The notes below the pieces were generated by a model. The model searched no databases. It had not been told where the DNA came from and was given only the letters and a program-made list of their open reading frames with translations. DNA of 64,000 bases from Eledone cirrhosa (lineage: Eukaryota): assembly GCA_964016885.1 (NCBI GenBank), contig CAXHJY010000763.1:1-64000 (forward strand), written 5' to 3'. Shown piece after piece: positions 1 through 9,981 of this stretch. Each line of letters starts with the position of its first letter. Position 1 is the stretch's first letter. The position numbers were made by a program, and so were the translations under genes.

Positions 1-597
1 AAAAGGTAACTCCGCCGGCAAATCGTCATTTTTGGATTCGTTTTCTTCGAAGCACACCATTCGCCGGCGGACTTTGTTGACGTTTAACACGGTTTGGTTC
101 CACAGCCACAACTATTGATTTTACGGAGATATCTTGCTGAAATTCACGCCACACATAGCCAATGAGTGTCTGCACATGTACCAGTAATTACAGATCGATC
201 CGACCACGGGCGGCCGGCCCGCGATTGAAAAGGTAACTCCGCCGGCAAATCGTCATATTTGGATTCGTTTTCTTCGAAGCACACCATTCGCCGGCGGACT
301 TTGTTGACGTTTAACACGGTTTGGTTCCACAGCCACAACTATTGATGTTACGGAGATATCTTGCTGAAATTCACGCCGCACATAGCCAATGAGTGTCTGC
401 ACATGTACCAGTAATTACAGATCGATCCGACCACGGGCGGCCGGCCCGCGATTGAAAAGGTAACTCCGCCGGCAAATCGTCATTTTTGGATTCGTTTTCT
501 TCGAAGCACACCATTCGCCGGCGGACTTTGTTGACGTTTAACACGGTTTGGTTCCACAGCCACAACTATTGAATTTACGGAGATATCTTGCTGAAAC
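1..597 (+). repeat. 227-bp monomer (type B) block 1: one partial and two full copies, truncated by window start
   Basis: Monomer starts at 144, 371, 598 (227-bp steps). Diagnostic tail TGTTGACGTTTAACACGGTTTGGTTCCACAGCCACAACTATTG. Confidence 0.97.
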
Positions 598-1576
598 TCA
601 CGCCACCCATAGCCAATGAGTGTCTGCACATGTACCAGTAATTACAGATCGATCCGACCACAGGCGGCCGGCCCACGATCGAAAAGGTAACTCCGCCGGC
701 AAATTCGCATTTTTGTGATTCGTTTCTTCGAAGCACACCATTCGCTGGTGGACTTCAGCTTCCGCATTTAGCATGGGCAGCTTTTCTGGAAAATCACACC
801 ACACACAGTCAATGAGTGTCTGCACATGTACCAGTAATTACAGATCGATCCGACCACGGGCGGCCGGCCCACGATCGAAAAGGTAACTCCGCCGGCAAAT
901 TCGCATTTTTGTGATTCGTTTCTTCGAAGCACACCATTCGCTGGTGGACTTCAGCTTCCGCATTTAGCATGGGCAACTTTTCTTGAAAATCACACCACAC
1001 ACAGGCAATGAGTGTCTGCACATATACCAGTAATTACAAATCGATCCGACCACGGGCGGCCGGCCACGATCGAAAAGGTAACTCCGCCGGCAAATTCGCA
1101 TTTTTGTGATTCGTTTCTTCGAAGCACACCATTCGCTGATGGACTTCAGCTTCCGCATTTAGCATGGGCAGCTTTTCTTGAAAATCACACCACACACAGC
1201 AAATGTGTGTCTGCACATGGACCAGTAATTACAGATCGATCCGACCATAGGCGGCCGGCCCACGATCGAAAAGGTAACTCCGCCGGCAAATTCGCATTTT
1301 TGTGATTCGTTTCTTCGAAGCACACCATTCGCTGGTGGACTTCAGCTTCCGCATTTAGCATGGGCAGCTTTTCTTGAAAATCACACCACACACAGCAAAT
1401 TTGTGTTTGCACATGGACCAGTAATTACAGATCGATCCGACCATAGGCGGCCGGCCCACGATCGAAAAGGTAACTCCGCCGGCAAATTCGCATTTTTGTG
1501 ATTCGTTTCTTCGAAGCACACCATTCGCTGGTGGACTTCAGCTTCCGCATTTAGCATGGGCAACTTTTCTTGAAAA

Positions 1577-1771
1577 TCACACCACACACAGGCAATGAGT
1601 GTCTGCACATGTACCAGTAATTACAAATCGATCCGACCACGGGCGGCCGGCCACGATCGAAAAGGTAACTCCGCCGGCAAATTCGCATTTTTGTGATTCG
1701 TTTCTTCGAAGCACACCATTCGCTGGTGGACTTCAGCTTCCTCATTTAGCATGGGCAGCTTTTCTTGAACA
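1577..1771 (+). repeat. Example of the 195-bp subtype (52 copies counted)
   Basis: One C missing in GGCCGGCC(C)ACG, linked to TTACAAATCG (G>A) and an upstream GGCAATG. Marked by the short ...WPAARGRIDL ORFs in the track. Confidence 0.92.
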
Positions 1772-2164
1772 TCACACCACACACAGCCAATGAGTGTCTG
1801 CACATATACCAGTAATTACAGATCGATCCGACCACGGGCGGCCGGCCCACGATCGAAAAGGTAACTCCGCCGGCAAATTCGCATTTTTGTGATTCGTTTC
1901 TTCGAAGCACACCATTCGCTGGTGGACTTCAGCTTCCGCATTTAGCATGGGCAGCTTTTCTTGAACATCACACCACACACAGTCAATGAGTGTCTGCACA
2001 TATACCACTAATTACAGATCGATCCGACCAGAGGCGGCCGGCCCACGATCGAAAAGGTAACTCCGCCGGTAAATAGTCATTTTTGTGATTCGTTTTCTTC
2101 GAAGCACACCATTCGACACCGGACTTCAGCTTCCTCATTTAGCATGGGCAGTTTTTCTTGAACA

Positions 2165-2360
2165 TCACACCACACACAGCCAATGAGTGTCTGCACATAT
2201 ACCAGTAATTACAGATCGATCCGACCACGGGCGGCCGGCCCACGATCGAAAAGGTAACTCCGCCGGCAAATTCGCATTTTTGTGATTCGTTTCTTCGAAG
2301 CACACCATTCGCTGGTGGACTTCAGCTTCCGCATTTAGCATGGGCAGCTTTTCTTGAAAA
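2165..2360 (+). repeat. Reference copy of the 196-bp consensus monomer (type A)
   Basis: TCACACCACACACAGCCAATGAGTGTCTGCACATATACC...GCATTTAGCATGGGCAGCTTTTCTTGAAAA, counted as 196 bp with 98 G+C and 14 CpG. Phase chosen arbitrarily at TCACACC. Confidence 0.97.
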
Positions 2361-2752
2361 TCACACCACACACAGCAAATGTGTGTCTGCACATGGACCA
2401 GTAATTACAGATCGATCCGACCACGGGCGGCCGGCCCACGATCGAAAAGGTAACTCCGCCGGCAAATTCGCATTTTTGTGATTCGTTTCTTCGAAGCACA
2501 CCATTCGCTGGTGGACTTCAGCTTCCGCATTTAGCATGGGCAGCTTTTCTTGAACATCACACCACACACAGCCAATGAGTGTCTCCACATATACCAGTAA
2601 TTACAGATCGATCCGACCACGGGCGGCCGGCCCACGATCGAAAAGGTAACTCCGCCGGCAAATTCGCATTTTTGTGATTCGTTTCTTCGAAGCACACCAT
2701 TCGCTGGTGGACTTCAGCTTCCGCATTTAGCATGGGCAACGTTTCGTGAAAA

Positions 2753-2949
2753 TCACACCACACAGAGCAAATGTGTGTCTGCACATGGACCAGTAATTAC
2801 AGATCGATCCGACCACAGGCGGCCGGCCCACGATCGAAAAGGTAACTCCGCCGGTAAATAGTCATTTTTGTGATTCGTTTTCTTCGAAGCACACCATTCG
2901 CCGCCGGACTTCAGCTTCCTCATTTAGCATGGGTAGTTTTTCTTGAAAA
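2753..2949 (+). repeat. Example of the 197-bp subtype (41 copies counted)
   Basis: Extra T in GATTCGTTTTCTTCG, linked to CCGGTAAATAGTCAT and TTCGCC(G/A)CCGGAC. These mostly appear as gaps in the ORF track. Confidence 0.92.
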
Positions 2950-3927
2950 TCACACCACACACCGGCAATGAGTGTCTGCACATGCACCAGTAATTACAAA
3001 TCGATCCGACCACGGGCGGCCGGCCACGATCGAAAAGGTAACTCCGCCGGCAAATTCGCATTTTTGTGATTCGTTTCTTCGAAGCACACCATTCGCTGGT
3101 GGACTTCAGCTTCCGCATTTAGCATGGGCAACTTTTCTTGAAAATCACACCACACACAGGCAATGAGTGTCTGCACATGTACCAGTAATTACAAATCGAT
3201 CCGACCACGGGCGGCCGGCCACGATCGAAAAGGTAACTCCGCCGGCAAATTCGCATTTTTGTGATTCGTTTCTTCGAAGCACACCATTCGCTGGTGGACT
3301 TCAGCTTCCTCATTTAGCATGGGCAGCTTTTCTTGAACATCACACCACACACAGCCAATGAGTGTCTGCACATATACCAGTAATTACAGATCGATCCGAC
3401 CACGGGCGGCCGGCCCACGATCGAAAAGGTAACTCCGCCGGCAAATTCGCATTTTTGTGATTCGTTTCTTCGAAGCACACCATTCGCTGGTGGACTTCAG
3501 CTTCCGCATTTAGCATGGGCAGCTTTTCTTGAACATCACACCACACACAGCCAATGAGTGTCTCCACATATACCAGTAATTACAGATCGATCCGACCACG
3601 GGCGGCCGGCCCACGATCGAAAAGGTAACTCCGCCGGCAAATTCGCATTTTTGTGATTCGTTTCTTCGAAGCACACCATTCGCTGGTGGACTTCAGCTTC
3701 CGCATTTAGCATGGGCAGCTTTTTTTGCAAATCACACCACACACGGCAAATGTGTGTCTGCACATGGACCAGTAATTACAGATCGATCCGACCAGAGGCG
3801 GCCGGCCCACGATCGAAAAGGTAACTCCGCCGGCAAATTCGCATTTTTGTGATTCGTTTCTTCGAAGCACACCATTCGCTGGTGGACTTCAGCTTCCGCA
3901 TTTAGCATGGGCAACTTTTCTTGAAAA

Positions 3928-5289
3928 TCACACCACACACAGTCAATGAGTGTCTGCACATGGACCAGTAATTACAGATCGATCCGACCACGGGCGGCCG
4001 GCCCGCGATTGAAAAGGTAACTCCGCCGGCAAATCGTCATTTTTGGATTCGTTTTCTTCGAAGCACACCATTCGCCGGCGGACTTTGTTGACGTTTAACA
4101 CGGTTTGGTTCCACAGCCACAACTATTGATGTTACGGAGCTATCTTGCTGAAATTCACGCCGCACATAGCCAATGAGTGTCTGCACATCTACCAGTAATT
4201 ACAGATCGATCCGATCACGGGCGGCCGGCCCGCGATTGAAAAGGTAACTCCGCCGGCAAATCGTCATTTTTGGATTCGTTTTCTTCGAAGCACACCATTC
4301 GCCGGCGGACTTTGTTGACGTTTAACACGGTTTGGTTCCACAGCCACAACTATTGATTTTACGGATATATCTTGGTGAAATTCACGCCGCACATAGCCAA
4401 TGAGTGTCTGCACATGTACCAGTAATTACAGATCGATCCGACCACGGGCGGCCGGCCCGCGATTGAAAAGGTAACTCCGCCGGCAAATCGTCATTTTTGG
4501 ATTCGTTTTCTTCGAAGCACACCATTCGCCGGCGGACTTTGTTGACGTTTAACACGGTTTGGTTCCACAGCCACAACTATTGATTTTACGGAGATATCTT
4601 GCTGAAATTCACGCCACACATAGCCAATGTGTGTCTGCACATGTACCAGTAATTACAGATCGATCCGATCACGGGCGGCCGGCCCGCGATTGAAAAGGTA
4701 ACTCCGCCGGCAAATCGTCATTTTTGGATTCGTTTTCTTCGAAGCACACCATTCGCCGGCGGACTTTGTTGACGTTTAACACGGTTTGGTTCCACAGCCA
4801 CAACTATTGATTTTACGGAGATATCTTGCTGAAATTCACGCCACACATAGCCAATGAGTGTCTGCACATGTACCAGTAATTACAGATCGATCCGACCACG
4901 GGCGGCCGGCCCGCGATTGAAAAGGTAACTCCGCCGGCAAATCGTCATATTTGGATTCGTTTTCTTCGAAGCACACCATTCGCCGGCGGACTTTGTTGAC
5001 GTTTAACACGGTTTGGTTCCACAGCCACAACTATTGATGTTACGGAGATATCTTGCTGAAATTCACGCCGCACATAGCCAATGAGTGTCTGCACATGTAC
5101 CAGTAATTACAGATCGATCCGACCACGGGCGGCCGGCCCGCGATTGAAAAGGTAACTCCGCCGGCAAATCGTCATTTTTGGATTCGTTTTCTTCGAAGCA
5201 CACCATTCGCCGGCGGACTTTGTTGACGTTTAACACGGTTTGGTTCCACAGCCACAACTATTGAATTTACGGAGATATCTTGCTGAAAC
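3928..5289 (+). repeat. 227-bp monomer block 2 (6 copies)
   Basis: Starts at 3928, 4155, 4382, 4609, 4836, 5063; 6 x 227 = 1362 bp. Confidence 0.97.
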
Positions 5290-8200
5290 TCACGCCACCC
5301 ATAGCCAATGAGTGTCTGCACATGTACCAGTAATTACAGATCGATCCGACCACAGGCGGCCGGCCCACGATCGAAAAGGTAACTCCGCCGGCAAATTCGC
5401 ATTTTTGTGATTCGTTTCTTCGAAGCACACCATTTGCTGGTGGACTTCAGCTTCCGCATTTAGCATGGGCAGCTTTTCTGGAAAATCACACCACACACAG
5501 TCAATGAGTGTCTGCACATGTACCAGTAATTACAGATCGATCCGACCACGGGCGGCCGGCCCACGATCGAAAAGGTAACTCCGCCGGCAAATTCGCATTT
5601 TTGTGATTCGTTTCTTCGAAGCACACCATTCGCTGGTGGACTTCAGCTTCCGCATTTAGCATGGGCAACTTTTCTTGAAAATCACACCACACACAGGCAA
5701 TGAGTGTCTGCACATATACCAGTAATTACAAATCGATCCGACCACGGGCGGCCGGCCACGATCGAAAAGGTAACTCCGCCGGCAAATTCGCATTTTTGTG
5801 ATTCGTTTCTTCGAAGCACACCATTCGCTGATGGACTTCAGCTTCCGCATTTAGCATGGGCAGCTTTTCTTGAACATCACACCACACACAGCCAATGAGT
5901 GTCTGCACATATAGCAGTAATTACAGATCGATCCGACCACGGGCGGCCGGCCCACGATCGAAAAGGTAACTCCGCCGGCAAATTCGCATTTTTGTGATTC
6001 GTTTCTTCGAAGCACACCATTCGCTGGTGGACTTGAGCTTCCGCATTTAGCATGGGCAGCTTTTCTTGAAAATCACACCACACACAGCAAATGTGTGTCT
6101 GCACATGGACCAGTAATTACAGATCGATCCGACCATAGGCGGCCGGCCCACGATCGAAAAGGTAACTCCGCCGGCAAATTCGCATTTTTGTGATTCGTTT
6201 CTTCGAAGCACACCATTCGCTGGTGGACTTCAGCTTCCGCATTTAGCATGGGCAACTTTTCTTGAAAATCACACCACACACAGGCAATGAGTGTCTGCAC
6301 ATGTACCAGTAATTACAAATCGATCCGACCACGGGCGGCCGGCCAGGATCGAAAAGGTAACTCCGCCGGCAAATTCGCATTTTTGTGATTCGTTTCTTCG
6401 AAGCACACCATTCGCTGGTGGACTTCAGCTTCCTCATTTAGCATGGGCAGCTTTTCTTGAACATCACACCACACACAGCCAATGAGTGTCTGCACATATA
6501 CCAGTAATTACAGATCGATCCGACCACGGGCGGCCAGCCCACGATCGAAAAGGTAACTCCGCCGGCAAATTCGCATTTTTGTGATTCGTTTCTTCGAAGC
6601 ACACCATTCGCTGGTGGACTTCAGCTTCCGCATTTAGCATGGGCAACTTTTCTTGAAAATCACACCACACACAGGCAATGAGTGTCTGCACATATACCAC
6701 TAATTACAGATCGATCCGACCAGAGGCGGCCGGCCCACGATCGAAAAGGTAACTCCGCCGGTAAATAGTCATTTTTGTGATTCGTTTTCTTCGAAGCACA
6801 CCATTCGACACCGGACTTCAGCTTCCTCATTTAGCATGGGCAGTTTTTCTTGAACATCACACCACACACAGCCAATGAGTGTCTGCACATATACCAGTAA
6901 TTACAGATCGATCCGACCACGGGCGGCCGGCCCACGATCGAAAAGGTAACTCCGCCGGCAAATTCGCATTTTTGTGATTCGTTTCTTCGAAGCACACCAT
7001 TCGCTGGTGGACTTCAGCTTCCGCATTTAGCATGGGCAGCTTTTCTTGAAAATCACACCACACACAGCAAATGTGTGTCTGCACATGGACCAGTAATTAC
7101 AGATCGATCCGACCACGGGCGGCCGGCCCACGATCGAAAAGGTAACTCCGCCGGCAAATTCGCATTTTTGTGATTCGTTTCTTCGAAGCACACCATTCGC
7201 TGGTGGACTTCAGCTTCCGCATTTAGCATGGGCAGCTTTTCTTGAACATCACACCACACACAGCCAATGAGTGTCTCCACATATACCAGTAATTACAGAT
7301 CGATCCGACCACGGGCGGCCGGCCCACGATCGAAAAGGTAACTCCGCCGGCAAATTCGCATTTTTGTGATTCGTTTCTTCGAAGCACACCATTCGCTGGT
7401 GGACTTCAGCTTCCGCATTTAGCATGGGCAACGTTTCGTGAAAATCACACCACACAGAGCAAATGTGTGTCTGCACATGGACCAGTAATTACAGATCGAT
7501 CCGACCACAGGCGGCCGGCCCACGATCGAAAAGGTAACTCCGCCGGTAAATAGTCATTTTTGTGATTCGTTTTCTTCGAAGCACACCATTCGCCGCCGGA
7601 CTTCAGCTTCCTCATTTAGCATGGGTAGTTTTTCTTGAAAATCACACCACACACCGGCAATGAGTGTCTGCACATGCACCAGTAATTACAAATCGATCCG
7701 ACCACGGGCGGCCGGCCACGATCGAAAAGGTAACTCCGCCGGCAAATTCGCATTTTTGTGATTCGTTTCTTCGAAGCACACCATTCGCTGGTGGACTTCA
7801 GCTTCCGCATTTAGCATGGGCAACTTTTCTTGAAAATCACACCACACACAGGCAATGAGTGTCTGCACATGTACCAGTAATTACAAATCGATCCGACCAC
7901 GGGCGGCCGGCCACGATCGAAAAGGTAACTCCGCCGGCAAATTCGCATTTTTGTGATTCGTTTCTTCGAAGCACACCATTCGCTGGTGGACTTCAGCTTC
8001 CTCATTTAGCATGGGCAGCTTTTCTTGAACATCACACCACACACAGCCAATGAGTGTCTGCACATATACCAGTAATTACAGATCGATCCGACCACGGGCG
8101 GCCGGCCCACGATCGAAAAGGTAACTCCGCCGGCAAATTCGCATTTTTGTGATTCGTTTCTTCGAAGCACACCATTCGCTGGTGGACTTCAGCTTCCGCA

Positions 8201-8619
8201 TTTAGCATGGGCAGCTTTTCTTGAACATCACACCACACACAGCCAATGAGTGTCTCCACATATACCAGTAATTACAGATCGATCCGACCACGGGCGGCCG
8301 GCCCACGATCGAAAAGGTAACTCCGCCGGCAAATTCGCATTTTTGTGATTCGTTTCTTCGAAGCACACCATTCGCTGGTGGACTTCAGCTTCCGCATTTA
8401 GCATGGGCAGCTTTTTTTGCAAATCACACCACACACGGCAAATGTGTGTCTGCACATGGACCAGTAATTACAGATCGATCCGACCAGAGGCGGCCGGCCC
8501 ACGATCGAAAAGGTAACTCCGCCGGCAAATTCGCATTTTTGTGATTCGTTTCTTCGAAGCACACCATTCGCTGGTGGACTTCAGCTTCCGCATTTAGCAT
8601 GGGCAACTTTTCTTGAAAA

Positions 8620-9981
8620 TCACACCACACACAGTCAATGAGTGTCTGCACATGGACCAGTAATTACAGATCGATCCGACCACGGGCGGCCGGCCCGCGA
8701 TTGAAAAGGTAACTCCGCCGGCAAATCGTCATTTTTGGATTCGTTTTCTTCGAAGCACACCATTCGCCGGCGGACTTTGTTGACGTTTAACACGGTTTGG
8801 TTCCACAGCCACAACTATTGATGTTACGGAGCTATCTTGCTGAAATTCACGCCGCACATAGCCAATGAGTGTCTGCACATCTACCAGTAATTACAGATCG
8901 ATCCGATCACGGGCGGCCGGCCCGCGATTGAAAAGGTAACTCCGCCGGCAAATCGTCATTTTTGGATTCGTTTTCTTCGAAGCACACCATTCGCCGGCGG
9001 ACTTTGTTGACGTTTAACACGGTTTGGTTCCACAGCCACAACTATTGATTTTACGGATATATCTTGGTGAAATTCACGCCGCACATAGCCAATGAGTGTC
9101 TGCACATGTACCAGTAATTACAGATCGATCCGACCACGGGCGGCCGGCCCGCGATTGAAAAGGTAACTCCGCCGGCAAATCGTCATTTTTGGATTCGTTT
9201 TCTTCGAAGCACACCATTCGCCGGCGGACTTTGTTGACGTTTAACACGGTTTGGTTCCACAGCCACAACTATTGATTTTACGGAGATATCTTGCTGAAAT
9301 TCACGCCACACATAGCCAATGTGTGTCTGCACATGTACCAGTAATTACAGATCGATCCGATCACGGGCGGCCGGCCCGCGATTGAAAAGGTAACTCCGCC
9401 GGCAAATCGTCATTTTTGGATTCGTTTTCTTCGAAGCACACCATTCGCCGGCGGACTTTGTTGACGTTTAACACGGTTTGGTTCCACAGCCACAACTATT
9501 GATTTTACGGAGATATCTTGCTGAAATTCACGCCACACATAGCCAATGAGTGTCTGCACATGTACCAGTAATTACAGATCGATCCGACCACGGGCGGCCG
9601 GCCCGCGATTGAAAAGGTAACTCCGCCGGCAAATCGTCATATTTGGATTCGTTTTCTTCGAAGCACACCATTCGCCGGCGGACTTTGTTGACGTTTAACA
9701 CGGTTTGGTTCCACAGCCACAACTATTGATGTTACGGAGATATCTTGCTGAAATTCACGCCGCACATAGCCAATGAGTGTCTGCACATGTACCAGTAATT
9801 ACAGATCGATCCGACCACGGGCGGCCGGCCCGCGATTGAAAAGGTAACTCCGCCGGCAAATCGTCATTTTTGGATTCGTTTTCTTCGAAGCACACCATTC
9901 GCCGGCGGACTTTGTTGACGTTTAACACGGTTTGGTTCCACAGCCACAACTATTGAATTTACGGAGATATCTTGCTGAAAC
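8620..9981 (+). repeat. 227-bp monomer block 3 (6 copies)
   Basis: Same six variants in the same order as block 2, offset 4692 bp. Confidence 0.97.

Noticed and set aside
235-300. Internal 49-bp subrepeat (CGCCGGC twice, 49 bp apart in B; 196 = 4 x 49)
   Set aside because: Similarity does not extend beyond about 8 bp and the other quarters do not align by eye.
318-336. Pol III B-box-like GGTTCCACAGCC in the B tail, implying a tRNA/SINE or 5S origin
   Set aside because: Two mismatches to GGTTCGANNCC, no A box or cloverleaf, and no resemblance I can recognise to 5S rRNA, snRNA or spliced-leader RNA.
2229-2241. G-quadruplex or telomeric repeat in the GC-rich GGGCGGCCGGCCC segment
   Set aside because: There are not four closely spaced G3 runs on either strand, and no telomere-type short tandem motif.
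2271-2320. CENP-B box suggested by repeated TTCG motifs
   Set aside because: The best match I found, TTCGAAGCACACCAT, has only 6 of the 9 core bases of TTCGNNNNANNCGGG and lacks CGGG. No better match seen on the reverse strand.
2165-2360. Identification as a known satellite of similar length, such as the Trypanosoma cruzi 195-bp satellite
   Set aside because: Only the length is similar; the sequence does not match that repeat as I recall it. A database search is needed, so no name is assigned.
2349-2364. Heat-shock element at TTCTTGAA
   Set aside because: Only two nGAAn units. The flanking positions do not supply the third unit of a canonical element.
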